64,000 nt of DNA from Macrostomum lignano (GCA_002269645.1 NIVC01000671.1:62001-126000); one strand, 5' to 3'. Shown: positions 13,701-26,265, counted from the stretch's first letter. Numbers and translations are program-made. The notes: a model not told the origin generated them from the letters alone.

Positions 13701-16700
13701 GGCCTGTCAGAGAATCGGGCCAGGGCCGCTCGGGGCGCAGCCGGCTTTGGAATCGGAAAGTGTTGAGCTCGGGGGGGGGGCTGGGAGTGTGCAACCCGAG
13801 CCTCCCTGCGGCTGCGTGCCCCGCGGCGCCGGCGGAGCGATAAGCGAAGAGGGCAGCGAGGCGGCAACTCCCGCTTAGCCCTGCTGTGCCTGGCCAGGCC
13901 TATTAGCGGCTGCTTTGTAACCAGCCTGGACTGCACAGGGAACTTGGCTGGCTGACTGGCTCTTATTCTGCGCAGCGACCGCGTGAACACTTTTCCACTC
14001 TCCATTTGTTTCTACTCGGCTTTTCCTTATTTTTCTCTGTTGTTGCTATGGCGACCCAGTTTTTTTCTTTCTTTGAGCATGCAAATTAGGGGAAACTGGG
14101 TCATCAGCAATGAAACTGTCACTGGTTCACTCATTATCGCACTCACTGGTTCACTCATTATCACACTCACTGGTTCACTCATTATCACACTCACTGGTTC
14201 ACTCAGTGCTTCAATCACTGGTTCACTCAGTGCCTCACTCACTGGTTCACTCATTATCACACTCACTGGTTCACTCAGTGCTTCAATCACTGGTTCACTC
14301 AGTGCCTCACTCACTGGTTCACTCATTATCACACTCACTGGTTCACTCACATTCCACACTCACTGGTTCACTCACATTCCACACTCACTGGTTCACTCAC
14401 ATTCCACACTCACTGGTTCACTCAGTGCCACACTTACTGGTGAACCAGTTCACCCATTGTCACTCATTGCAGTGAACCAGTTTACCCATTGTCACTCATT
14501 GCAGTGAACCAGTTTACCCATTGTCACTCATTGCAGTGAACCAGTTCATCCATTGTCACTCATTGCAGTGAACCAGTACATGCAGATGCTGGCTGGCTAC
14601 GACCGCGAGCTGACGGACTTCAGCAGGCACTCCATGGACTCCTTCAACATGTTCCATTCGCGCTGGCACAAGCTGGTCTCCAGCGACGCGCCGCACGAGC
14701 GCAGCAAGACGATCTCGCTGGTGACGCACGAGTGCCGGCAGCCGAGGGCGGGACTCATCGTGCACCGCAACACCACCATCAGCCACACCGCTCGGGTCCG
14801 CCACGTGCCCGCCGCCTCGGCCGCCCAGCAGCCGCCGATCCCCATGGCTGACGACCTCGGCAGCGACGAGGACGCCGGAGCAGCACCGGCGGCGGCGGCG
14901 GCGCCCTCAGCGATGCCAGGCGGCGAGGACTCGCTGTACGAGCAGCTGCCGCCAACCCCGCCGACCACGAAGCCGCTGTTGTCGGCGACTTCCGAGACGG
15001 CGGCAGCGGCGGCGGCTGATGCCTCGTCGGAGGAGCCGCTGGAGGCGTACTTCTACGACCAGCTGGAGGAGTTCCTGGTGTGGGACCCGGCCACTGACCC
15101 GGCCGTGGCGGAGGCCGAGGACCGAATCCGGGTGCGGGCGGGGCCGCTGGACGCCCTGCTGGTGCACGCCTGCTGCCCCGCCACCGAGGGCGCCAGGCAG
15201 CACCTGCTGTTCTGCGAGAGCCTGGCGGCCACCTACCGCTGCTTCGCCAGCTCGCACGAGCTGGTCGGCCGCATCGTGTCGCGGGCGATCTTCTTCCTGG
15301 CGGCCGGCCGCGACCTGCTGTGGAAGCCGGCCTTCGCCTTCCTGGTCCGCGTGCTGGACGAGGTGCGGCTTGGGGCGCTGGCGGGGGTGGGGACTGCCCG
15401 GATCGCGAATCTCAATTGAGCAGATCTCCATTGAGCAAATCTCCATTGAGCAAATCTCCATTGAGCATATCTCCATTAAGCAGATCTCCATTAAGCAGAT
15501 CTCCATTAAGCTGATCTCCATTAAGCAGATCTCCATTAAGCAGATCTCCATTGAGCAGATCTCCATTGAGCAAATCTCCTCTGGCAGTAGGCAGACCAGC
15601 TCTTTCTTTTCATCCCCATCAGGTCAGCTCCGAATGCGACCAGGAGATGCTGGACGACCTCGGCCTGCTTAAGCAGCGCCTTGTCGGCGAGGGCCGCCTG
15701 CCGGAGGCGCAGATCCTCGCCACCGCGCTCGCCGGCGTGCGGCAGCGCCAGGCCGAGGCCGCCCAGCCCGACCCCGCTGCGGCAGCCGCCGCCTCCGCCT
15801 TGGCGGCACAACGGCGTAGCATCACCGACTTCACGCCGCGTCAGCTGGCCGAGCAGATCACCCTCATGGACTCGCGCCTGTACAGGCGGATCGAGATTCA
15901 GGTTCGCATCTTTTACATTGTCCCAGCTTTTGAACATTATCCCAGCTTCATGAACATTACCTTCCTATATACTAAAAATGAAAATCTTGCTTGCTTGTAC
16001 GCAAAAATCAACATCCTAAACATTATCTTCCCGAAAATTATTCCTGCTTATTAAGCACACCCACATCCATTTGAACACTCCCATATCCTGAGCACTCCCA
16101 TATCCTGAGCACTCCCATGTCCTGAGGACTCCCATGTCCTGAGCACTCCCATGTCCTGAGCACTCCCATGTCCTGAGCACTCCCATGTCCTGAGCACTCC
16201 CATGTCCTGAGCACTCCCATGTCCTGAGCACTCCCATGTCCTGAGCACTCCCATGTCCTGAGCACTCCCATGTCCTGAGCACTCCCATGTCCTGAGCACT
16301 CCCACATCCTCCTGAACACTCTGACATCCTCCTGAACACTTCCACATCCTCCTGAACACTCTCACATCCTCCTGAACACTTTCACATCCTCCTGAACACT
16401 TCCACATCCTCCTGAACACTCTCACATCCTCCTGAACACTCCCTACCCCAGGAGTACCTGGCCTTCGTGCGCGGCCGCAGCCGGGAGCAGTTCGCCAACC
16501 TGCAGGCCTTCATCAACTCCTTCAACCGGCTGGGCTTCTGGGTGAAGACCCTGGTGCTGGGCTCAAAGACCACCAAAATGAAGGAGCGGCAGCGGCTGCT
16601 CAGCTATTTCCTGAAGGTGGCGGACGAGCTCAAGCGGCTGCACAACTTCAACTCGCACCTGGCCATCGTGTTCAGCCTCATCAGTCTGGACCAGCTGCCC

Positions 16701-17357
16701 TGGCCCGGCCGCTCCGTGCGCCAGCGGCTGCGTGCCCTCACCAGCTGCCTTGGCGACCAGGCCGCCTTTGCCAGGGACTACTTCCGCAACATGGGCTCCA
16801 CCGAGCCGCCGCTGGTGCCGCACGTAGGCGAGGTGCTCAAGTATCTCACGCGCATCCACGAGGGCGCTGTCGGCGGCGATGAGGTGTCCAGCCTCCCACC
16901 CGACTATCCGGTCAGCCGGGCCAAGCAGCTGGGCCTCATGCCCGTCATCAACTACTGGAAGTACTGGGTGTCCTTTAATTGCCTGGACTTCTGCATTCGG
17001 TTCAAGCGGTACTCGGCTAAGGCTATGTGAGTGGGCTTGACCACGCAGGGCTTGGCTACTCCGCCTTTAGGGCCATAGACAGGGCCATTGACAGTGGTAT
17101 AGACAGGGTCATAGACAGAGCCATGGACAGTGCCATAGACGGTGCCACAGATAGGGCCATGGACAGTGCCATAGTGCCACAGATAGGGCCATAGACAGTG
17201 CTTGGCCACTCAGCGCTGACTGCTCCCCGCCCGCAGGCACTACCCTTTCGCGCTGAACCCGGAGCTGCTGGCCTGCCTGAACAACTTCAACGACGCCCTG
17301 CCGGAGCCGGCTCTGAACGACCTGCTGGACCAGGTGCGGCAGAAGTACATGAAGTGA
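7716..17357 (+). CDS. RAPGEF1: C3G/RAPGEF1-like Rap guanine nucleotide exchange factor (multi-exon; 5' end unresolved)
   Basis: Predicted exons: 7716-7894 and 8120-8269 (C3G N-terminal-like, LAVLCCWLDNALL); ~11204-11943 (Pro-rich, PPPKPP); possibly 12713-12783; ~14569/14577-15362 (YMQML; REM VRAGPLDALLVHA...FCESLAATYRCF...FLVRVLDE); 15623-15901 (DFTPRQLAEQITLMD); 16452-17008/17026 (CDC25-H, LHNFNSHLAI, EPPLVPHVG); 17237-17357. Phases are consistent for the REM-CDC25 exons; the connection from 8269 to 11204 is unresolved. Confidence 0.88.
8303..8413 (+). repeat. ~27-bp intronic tandem repeat (CTGAGGGACAGAGGGGGCTGGGGACTG), ~4 copies
   Basis: Direct inspection; lies just after the donor at 8270. 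Confidence 0.85.
9399..10165 (+). repeat. 21-bp minisatellite (AATCCCGCTCTGTATCTCACC)
   Basis: About 35 near-identical copies; source of the LYLTNPA-repeat ORFs. Confidence 0.97.
11960..12708 (+). repeat. ~14-bp minisatellite (AGAGTCAGAGATTC)
   Basis: Long degenerate tandem array following the donor at 11944. Confidence 0.95.
14120..14577 (+). repeat. 24-bp minisatellite followed by a 32-bp repeat spanning the splice acceptor
   Basis: CACTGGTTCACTCATTATCACACT units to ~14435, then GTGAACCAGTTYACCCATTGTCACTCATTGCA-type units starting at 14440, 14472, 14504, 14536 and (partial) 14568. Confidence 0.92.
15416..15578 (+). repeat. 15-bp intronic minisatellite (GAGCAGATCTCCATT)
   Basis: About 11 copies inside intron 15363-15622. 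Confidence 0.95.
16075..16445 (+). repeat. 17-bp (CACTCCCATGTCCTGAG) then 20-bp (CACTCTCACATCCTCCTGAA) minisatellites ending at acceptor 16451
   Basis: Direct inspection. Confidence 0.95.
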
Positions 17358-18134
17358 TGGAGAGCGACAGCTCAATGTAATTGACGTTCTGCAAGCCCTT
17401 CGATCTGCCTCAGAACTGAAGATCTCGCAATGTAAATTTCTGTCTTTTTTGGCTTTCTTGTTCATTGTTAAACAGCCCTCGTAACAAAGTTTTTCGCATC
17501 ACCCTGCTGGCTGCTGTTGAAGCACCAATGCACTCTGAATTCACAGACAAAAAATTATCTCACGCTTGTCACATCTGTTTGTCTTTTGTTTTGTTGAATC
17601 TTAATTTTAATGTCAATCGAATATTACTCATAGTAGCTGTCCGATTTATAAAGAATTTTCATGCCGCATACGCATATTCTAAGCATTGATCAGCAGCTTA
17701 TACCTAAAGCTATTTATTATATAGTATTTACAAGTCTTGAGCAATACCTTATGAGCATATTTTTGATTCTAAGCAATTCCAGTGTTTTCAATATTTATTT
17801 TCCTAGCAGTGAGGCTCACTGCAGCATGTGTTAATTATTAATCACTGTTTCACCGTACTGCTGCTCGCCACCTGTGGATCTCCTGCCCTCTACAGCCCCC
17901 CCCCCCACCGGCGAGTTGAACTGCCTGGCACTGCGGACTCTGAGCAATAAATGAATTGTGCAGCTACCTGGCGCGGCCTGGCCGCTCAAATCTCCAAGTT
18001 TGATTTCTTGAGTGAACCCGACTGCTCAGCCAATGCGCTGGCAAAGAAACAGGGAGTTGCTTGATTGGTCTTATTTATTGACTGTGAGTTTAGCAGGTCT
18101 TTGCTTCAATTTGGCGTCAGTCATACAGGCCTTT

Positions 18135-18480
18135 GTCTGTGTCTGCCTGCCTGCCCTGCCCTGCCTGTCTGTCTGTCTGTCTGCCTGCATGTCTGTCTGT
18201 CTATCTGTCTGCCTGCCTGTCTGTCTGGCGGTCTGTCTGTCAGTCTGTCTGCCTACCTGTCTATCAGCTCTGGCTGTCTATCTGTCTGCCTGTCTGTCTG
18301 TTCGTCTGCCTGTCTGTCTGTCTGTCTGTCTGTTCGTCTGCCTACCTGTCTTTCTGCCTGTGTCTGTCTGTCTGCCTGTCTGTCAGTCTGTCTGCCTGCC
18401 TGTCAGCTCTGGCTGTCAGTCCGTCTGTCTGCCTGCCAGCCTGTCTGTCTGCCTGCCTGCCTGCCAGCCTGTCTGTCTGC
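18135..18480 (+). repeat. TCTG/TGCC microsatellite tract
   Basis: Low-complexity (GTCT)n/(GCCT)n mix. Confidence 0.95.
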
Positions 18481-18917
18481 GCCTGTTTTATGCCAGCCTT
18501 GAACTACATAAGTTACTTAAGTCCTTCAAGATTGCTCCCAACTCGTACAGTATTGCGACAAAAGTTTTACAGCTTAATAAAAGCAAATGAGGCTTGGCAA
18601 ATCAAATGCGTCACTGCAAATCCTCAGCCAAAACAGGCTGGTGCGGAAACCAGAGAAAAGACATAATTGTCACCCGAATCGCTCTGCTTTATCAGAGATA
18701 AACAGTGTGTAAACAAGCATGCTCAGGGTCAGTCACATGACCGACTCACCTGGCTGAGGAGGCGTGGCCAGTACTTGGGGTGGCGGCTGGTCACATGGGT
18801 GGCAGCGATAAAAGCAGCGGCATAAATAGAGCCGCCCCGCGGCCGGAGCCACGCCAACCTCTGCCCAGAATCCATCAAAGCATTCATCAGCTTGCAGAGC
18901 CAGCCTCGTAATCAGCA

Positions 18918-19116
18918 ATGGACGGTGAGTGCTGAGTTGCCAGGTGCTGCCATTTTCAATCAAGTCGCAGCGCCTTGCTCCCAGGCTTTAACTGCTGCCC
19001 CCTCCTGACCCGCAGGTAAGTGCAGCAGCCCGCAGTGCCAGGACTGCAAGTGCGGCGCCGACTGCAACCCAGGCGGAGAATGCTGCAAGCAGAACGGCTG
19101 CTGCGGGAGCAAGTGA
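18918..19116 (+). CDS. Metallothionein-like 35-aa peptide, two exons
   Basis: ATGGACG|GTGAGT (18918-18924) joined to CGCAG|GTAAGTGC... (19016-19116) gives MDGKCSSPQCQDCKCGADCNPGGECCKQNGCCGSK (9 Cys; CxxC, CxC and CC motifs). CATAAATAG near 18821; AATAAA near 19199-19215. Confidence 0.8.
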
Positions 19117-19559
19117 AGGATCTGCTTGTCCTCGGATGCTCAAACTCTGCGCCATAGCCGTAACTGTATGAAATCAGCTTTGCCAATGCCAGCGCCCGAA
19201 TAAATTCAACAATAAACTGCCATCTCAGAGTTGATTTGCACCTCGGTGCTGACAAACTGCTTGAACCCATCGTTTATTGTTCATTCAAAAGTCCTGTATG
19301 TACTTGAATAGGTACAAGAGAAGATAGCGGCTGTACAAATATATCAGTAAATAAATATTAGCCTTGCAACTCAAGTCGACAATAGCGGTAGCTTTGGATG
19401 CCTGCATCGTGCAGTAAAATAGCGATATTTATCTGTGCTAGGAAACCTGGACTTGTAAAAGTGCAGAAAAAGACTGCTGGCTGTCCGGCTGTCATGGCTT
19501 GGAGATGCAGCGGTGCGGAGAGGGCACTGCAGGCACAGCCTGTCATGGCACGGCGGCGG

Positions 19560-20248
19560 TCACACAATCAGCAGCCACAGGCCGAATACGGCGGCGATCC
19601 ACAGGAAGAGGCGGCTGGCCAGCGGCCCGAGCAGGTGGGCCACCTCCAGCTCCTCCAGGGACTCCTGCAGCTCCAGCGCCAGGTCTGGCGGATCAGCGGG
19701 GGATGGGCTGCGTTTTATTGAACAGGCAGGCACTAAGACAGACAGACAGACAGACAGAACAGAACAGACAGACAGAACAGAACAGACAGACAGAACAGAT
19801 CAGACAGACAGAACAGACAGACAGAACAGACAGACAGACAGACAGGCAGACAGACACAAAACAGACTGACAGACACACCTGTCAGGGACAGTCCAAGGCC
19901 GCCGTTGTCCGACGCCGTGTCGATTCCGACGGAAATGCGCAGGCCGCCCAGCAGGAGGTGCCGCTGGCCGCTCTGCTCTCTCAGCCGGTGGCCGCTGGGC
20001 CTCGGCGGCACGGGCGGCCCGAGCTCGGGGCCGGATCGGCCGGAACGACCGTACACGGGGACCAGCGCGTCCTCGCTGATGGGGCCCTTGCACACCGGGC
20101 AGCTGGGCGCCTGCGGCCTGGCAGTGAGCCAGCGGTGCACGCAGGGCCAGCAGAACAGGTGGCCGCACAGGCTGACCACCGGCTCCGTCACCGGCTCCAG
20201 ACAGATGTTGCATTCGAACTCGTGACCTCCGTGAGCTGCTTCAGCCAT
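19560..20248 (-). CDS. RNF5: RNF5/RNF185-like ER membrane RING E3 ligase, two exons (20248-19879, 19732-19560)
   Basis: FECNICLEPVTEPVVSLCGHLFCWPCVHRW...CPVCK...LVPVYGR and C-terminal TM SRLFLWIAAVFGLWLLIV*. The 543-nt spliced CDS is in frame; the intron is GACA microsatellite. Confidence 0.9.
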
Positions 20249-20299
20249 CCTCGGGCATCCGGGGCCCGGGGGCTGCAAGCTGCGGCAGGTTCAGCATGA

Positions 20300-20760
20300 G
20301 GATGGGATGTTGGGATATTCAGAATGGATGTTGGGACATTCAGAATGGGATGTTGGGATATTGAGAATGGGATGTTGGGATATTGAGAATGGGATGTTGG
20401 GACATTCAGAATGGGATGTTAGGATATTCAGAATGGGATGTTGGGACATTCAGAATGGGATGTTGGGATATTCAGAATGGGATGTTGGGACATTCAGAAT
20501 GGGATGTTGGGATATTCAGAATGGGATGTTGGGATATTCAGAATGGATGTTGGGACATTCAGAATGGGATGTTGGGACATTCAGAATGGATGTTGGGACA
20601 TTCAGAATGGGGTGTTGGGACATTCAGAATGGGGTGTTGGGACATTCAGAATGGATGTTGGGATATTCAGAATGGGTGTTGGGATATTCAGAATGTGTTG
20701 GGATATTCAGAATGGATGTTAGGACATCCACAATGGGATGTTGGGATATTCAGAAAGGAC
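20300..20760 (+). repeat. 22-bp minisatellite (GGGATGTTGGGACATTCAGAAT)
   Basis: About 20 copies just upstream of the RNF5 acceptor. Confidence 0.95.
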
Positions 20761-21059
20761 TCAATTAACGCACCAGGAGGTCACGGTGACCCCACAGAAG
20801 AGCAATAGCAGAGTTATGTATTTAAATAAAAACAGCTTTGTCTCAATAAGTGTACGAATCTTCATTAGTTTAACAACAGGCGTCTGCCCAAAACACAGCA
20901 AGGAAAGCGAAGAAATCTGCAGCAGAAGCAGTACTGTCAGTAGTGCATAACATTTATACGTCGAATAAACTGTGCAAAAAATCAAAAAAATATTCGCAAG
21001 CGAGGAGCCCTCTGAGATCCAGCGGAATTTGCATGGCTGCTAAGCGAAGAGGAGAAGGG

Positions 21060-21180
21060 AGAGGGAGGAGAAGCAGACGGGAAGGGAGAGGGGAAGGCAG
21101 AGGGGAAGGGAGAGGGGAAGGCAGAGGGGAAGGCAGAGGGGAAGGGAGAGGGGAAGGCAGAGGGGAAGGGAGAGGGAGCA
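21060..21180 (+). repeat. 12-bp purine-rich repeat (GGGGAAGGGAGA / GGGGAAGGCAGA)
   Basis: Direct inspection. Confidence 0.9.
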
Positions 21181-21419
21181 AGAGCTGAAAACCAGCTAGC
21201 CAGAGAAATTGAATATGAACAGCTGAAAAACTGTGAATAAACAAACGATTGCCACAAAGCATCAACCAAACTCATAAATAAGGGGGTCCGCTATGAACTT
21301 CCCTACCGCATAAAGTAAATACAAAAAAATGTATTAAACATAATATTTGAATATTTGAATGTACAGAAATTGTACACACGCAGACGCAGCTGAGGAAGTG
21401 CCAAAATGACGCAAACATG

Positions 21420-21770
21420 AGTGAGTGCTCAGACTCACAGATGAGTGAGTGCTCAGACTCGCAGATGAGTGAGTGCTCAGGCTCACAGATGAGTGAGTGC
21501 TCAGACTCGCAGATGAGTGAGTGCTCAGGCTCACAGATGAGTGAGTGCTCAGACTCACACAGATGAGTGAGTGCTCAGGCTCACAGATGAGTGAGTGCTC
21601 AGACTCACAGATGAGTGAGTGCTCAGACTCACAGATGAGTGAGTGCTCAGACTCACACAGATGAGTGAGTGCTCAGACTCACACAGATGAGTGAGTGCTC
21701 AGACTCACACAGATGAGTGAGTGCTCAGACTCACACAGATGAGTGAGTGCTCAGACTCGCAGATGAGTGA
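21420..21770 (+). repeat. 24-26-bp minisatellite (GATGAGTGAGTGCTCAGACTCACA)
   Basis: About 14 copies downstream of the DCAF7 stop codon. Confidence 0.95.
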
Positions 21771-21803
21771 AGGGGATGCAGCAACGGAGCCAACAGCAGC
21801 AGC

Positions 21804-24532
21804 TCAGACCCGCAGGATCTCCAGGCAGTTGCCGTAGCAGATGCCAATCCAGCCGTTGTGCGCGCTGCTCCACTGGATCTGGTTGATCTCGCCGGCCGCA
21901 GTGTAGGCCAGGATCGGGTCCTCCACTGCCCGCGGCATTTGCTGCAGGTCCCAGATCAGCGCCTGGAAGTCGTCCGCTGCGGGGCCAAGCAGAGCATGCG
22001 AATTTCTAATTGGCTTTGAATCGCTAGACTCGAGTCTGGCTCACCAATTTCAATTTCTAAATTATAATTCACCAATTGATTGATCCGAGCTCGCCATTCA
22101 CAGTCCACTGTTCACCAATCACCCATTCACAGACCTCAGTTCACCAATCACCCATTCATAGAACAAAAGTTCACCAATCACCCATTCACAGAACAAAAGT
22201 TCACCAATCACCCATTCACAGAACAAAAGTTCACCAATCACCCATTCACAGAACAAAAGTTCACCAATCACCCATTCACAGAACAAAAGTTCACCAATCA
22301 CCCATTCACAGAACAAAAGTTCACCAATCACCCATTCACAGAACAAAAGTTCACCAATCACCCATTCACAGACCTCAGTTCACCAAAATTCGCAGCCTTA
22401 CCTGCAGTGCAGATGTGACAGGCGGAGTGTGGCGCCCAGGCCAGCCCGTTAACGCAGGCTCGGTGGTTGGTGAGGCGCGCCACGGGGGTGCAGGGCACGC
22501 GGGTGTCAAGGACGATCACCTCGGAGGCGTCCATGGCGAAGGTGGCCAGGTAGTTGGGGTCCTGCCGGTTCCAGGCGAGCCGCAGCAGCGGGCTGTGGCC
22601 GGGGTCCTCGTAGATGATGGTGGAGTGCTCCAGGTGACGCAGGTCGAACATCCGCACGGAGCCGTCGGCGCCGACGCTAGCGAACATGTCGCGACCGCCG
22701 CCCTGTCGGCTGAAGGCGATGTCGTAAACTTCTTTGTCGTGCGCAATCAGCTGGGTCTTCACGTGGCCGCTGACCACGCGCCCCACCACCTGGCCAGTCT
22801 GTAGGCGCGGAATGTGGCAGAGTTCGAGTTCAGAGGGTCGTCGCACAGAATAACGGAGAAGAGCTTTGGGTCAACTTGAGAGCGGATTGCCAGTCTGTAA
22901 GAGCAACTATCGTTAATTGGATAGGTTGGGTCAATGCTGGTCAGTCTGGTGGGTCAAGGCTGGTCAGTCTGGTGGGTCAATGCTGGGTCAGTCTGGTGGG
23001 TCAATGCTGGTCAGTCTGGTGGGTCAATGCTGGGTCAGTCTGGTGGGTCAAGGCTGGTCAGTCTGGTGGGTCAAGGCTGGTCAATCTGGTGGGTCAAGGC
23101 TGGTCAGTCTGGTGGGTCAAGGCTGGTCAGTCTGGTGGGTCAATGCTGGGTCAGTCTAGTGGGTCAAGGCTGGTCAGTCTGGTGGGTCAATGCTGGGTCA
23201 GTCTGGTGGGTCAATGCTGGTCAGTCTGGTGGGTCAAGGCTGGTCAGTCTGGTGGGTCAATGTTGGTCAGTCTGGTGGGTCAATGCTGGGTCAGTCTGGT
23301 GGGTCAAGGCTGGTCAGTCTGGTGGGTCAATGCTGGTCAGTCTGGTGGGTCAAGGCTGGTCAGTCTGGTGGGTCAAGGCTGGTCAGTCTGGTGGGTCAAG
23401 GCTGGTCAGTCTGGTGGGTCAAGGCTAGTCAGTCTGGTGGGTCAAGGCTGGTCAGTCTGGTGGGTCAATGCTGGGTCAGTCTGGTGGGTCAAGGCTGGTC
23501 AGTCTGGTGGGTCAAGGCTGGTCAGTCTGGTGGGTCAAGGCTGGTCAGTCTGGTGGGTGAAGGCTGGGTCAGTCCGATCTGTCAAGACTGAGTCAGTTGT
23601 CGGCTCGCACCTCGAGTCCCCAGATGGTGCAGGTGGTGTCGATGCTGGAGGTGCCGAGTATGTTCGGGTCGACTTCGTTCCAATCGAAGGAGGTGAGCGG
23701 AGCGCAGAAGTCGGAGTTCTTGTTGTTGTTAAGCAGGCACTCCAGCTTGGTCTCGGTGTCGGAGACGACCCGCCAGACCCGCAGGTAGTCGCCGCTGGTG
23801 GCCAGCAGGTCGGCCGAGCCGGCGGAGCCCTTGCTGTCGGGCATCCACATAATGCGCGTGGTCGGGTACGGGTGGTCGAAGGTGCTGCGGCAGGTCAGCT
23901 CTCCACGCTCGTCGTCCAGTGCGACGATCTGCGGCGGGTGTGGGATTTTGATGTTCTTTAATGTCCCTTTAATATACTTTACTGTACTTTGGAACTCGCT
24001 CTCGCCAGCTTCTGTGCCAGGTCTGTCCGATTCCCGGACACTCACTGATTCACACATTCTGACCGATTCCCGGACACTCACTGGTTCACACATTCTGTCC
24101 GATTCCCGGACACTCACTGATTCACACATTCTGACCGATTCCCGGACACTCACTGATTCACACATTCTGTCCGATTCCCGGGCACTCACTGATTCACACA
24201 TTCTGTCCGATTCCCGGGCACTCACTGATTGATGTCCCGGTTACTCACTGGTTCACACACACTCCGTCCCGGTCACTCACTGTTTCACACACACTCCGCC
24301 CCGGTCACTCACTCAGTCCATACTCAGTCAAACTCAGCAGTCAGCAGAGACCCACCTGCAACTTGTTATTGTACTCCTCAACAAAGGAGCCGAGCGCCAG
24401 CCGAAAGCCTTTGTCCGGCCGCACGGACCAGTTCATGCTGTACACCGGCCAGGGCGCCTCGTACTTGTAAATCTCCTTCTTCTTGTGACCGCCTCCGCCA
24501 CCGGCCTGCCCAGAGAGATGGTGGCCTTGCAT
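21804..24532 (-). CDS. DCAF7: DCAF7/WDR68/HAN11 WD40 protein, four exons (24532-24356, 23928-23611, 22798-22402, 21976-21804)
   Basis: Closely matches known DCAF7: [82 protein letters not shown]. 1065 nt in frame with GT-AG introns. Confidence 0.97.
22105..22385 (+). repeat. 30-bp minisatellite in DCAF7 intron 3
   Basis: TCACCAATCACCCATTCACAGAACAAAAGT, ~9 copies. Confidence 0.95.
22925..23575 (+). repeat. 23-bp minisatellite in DCAF7 intron 2
   Basis: GGTCAGTCTGGTGGGTCAAGGCT, ~28 copies. Confidence 0.95.
24022..24230 (+). repeat. 36-bp minisatellite in DCAF7 intron 1
   Basis: GATTCCCGGACACTCACTGATTCACACATTCTGTCC, ~6 copies. Confidence 0.95.
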
Positions 24533-24659
24533 AGCTGCTGCTTCTGCTCCTGCTGCCGAGATGGCGCGGGCGGTTAGCGCCGCAGTGAATGGCGAAGGAT
24601 TCATGTTGCGTTGATTCAAATAGATGGCATGAGATGAGACATGTGGGTTATGTGAGGAC

Positions 24660-25345
24660 ACAGGGTGAGATATGGTTATCTGAGGACACGGGATGAGATA
24701 TGGTTTTCTGGGAACACGGGATGAGATATAGGGTTATCTGAGGACACTGAATGAGATATGGTTTTCTGGGAACACGGGATGAGATATAGGGTTATCTGAG
24801 GACACTGAATGAGATATGGTTTTCTGGGAACACGGGATGAGATATAGGGTTATCTGAGGACACTGAATGAGATATGGTTTTCTGGGAACACTGGATGAGA
24901 TATAGGGTTATCTGAGGACACTGGATGAGATATGGTTTTTTGGGAACACTGGATGAGATATAGGGTTATCTGAGGACACTGGATGAGATATGGGGTTATC
25001 TCAGGACATTGAATGAGATATGGGGTTATCCGGGGACATGAGATGAGATATGGGGTTTCTGAGGACACTGGATGAGATATAGGGTTATCTGAGGACACTG
25101 GATGAGATATAGGGTTATCTGAGGACACTGGATGAGATATGGGGTTATCTGAGGACACTGGATGAGATATAGGGTTATCTGAGGACACTGGATGAGATAT
25201 GGGGTTATCTGAGGACACTGGATGAGATATGGGGTTATCTGAGGACACTGGATGAGATATGGGGTTATCTGAGGACACTGGATGAGATATGGGGTTATCT
25301 GAGGACACTGGATGAGATATGGGGTTATCTGAGGACACTGGATGA
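24660..25345 (+). repeat. 30-bp minisatellite upstream of the DCAF7 start codon
   Basis: GAGATATGGGGTTATCTGAGGACACTGGAT, ~23 copies; part alternates as a ~60-bp dimer. Confidence 0.95.
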
Positions 25346-25639
25346 GAATCCCAAGTACGACTGAAAGGCATACAGTTAAAGTAATTTTACTCATAATACA
25401 AGCAGCACTCAAGCTTCAACTAGATAGGTTATATTTATATTAAGAAACTGTTGCAAAGGTAAAATATCAACTTTCTCACAGAACAGAACGCTAATCCCTC
25501 GAATTAGTGGAGAAATCTGCGCATTTTTCAATTCAATACAAAAACTAGCTAATCGAGAATTTCGCGCCACATGCAGTCGACAGAGACAAGAGTAGAAGGA
25601 AGCTGATTGCTGATGTACTTGCTAGATTATTAGCTTAAT

Positions 25640-26265
25640 AGGTCAACGGGAACAGGTGGGTCAACGGGAACAGGTGGGTCAACAGGGAGCAGGTGGGTCA
25701 ACAGGGAGCAGGTGGGTCAACAGGGAGCAGGTGGGTCAACGGGAGCAGGTGGGTCAACAGGAAACAGGTGGGTCAACAGGGAACTGGTGGGTCAACAGGG
25801 AGCAGGTGGGTCAACAGGGAGCAGGTGGGTCAACGGGAGCAGGTGGGTCAACAGGGAGCAGGTGGGTCAACGGGAGCAGGTGGGTCAACAGGGAGCAGGT
25901 GGGTCAACAGGAAACAGGTGGGTCAACAGGGAACTGGTGGGTCAACAGGGAGCAGGTGGGTCAACAGGGAACTGGTGGGTCAACAGGGAGCAGGTGGGTC
26001 AACAGGGAACTGGTGGGTCAACAGGGAGCAGGTGGGTCAACAGGGAACTGGTGGGTCAACAGGGAGCAGGTGGGTCAACAGGGAACTGGTGGGTCAACAG
26101 GGAACAGGTGGGTCAACAGGGAACTGGTGGGTCAACAGAAAACAGGTGGGTCAACAGGGAGCAGGTGGGTCAAGCAGGAACAGGTGGGTCATCAGGGAAC
26201 AGGTGGGTCAGCAGGGAGCAGGTGGGTCAACAGGGAGAAGGTGGGTCAACAGGGAGCAGGTGTGT
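25640..26265 (+). repeat. 19-bp minisatellite (AACAGGGAGCAGGTGGGTC)
   Basis: About 33 copies between the SPG21 3' end and the DCAF7 5' end. Confidence 0.95.
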
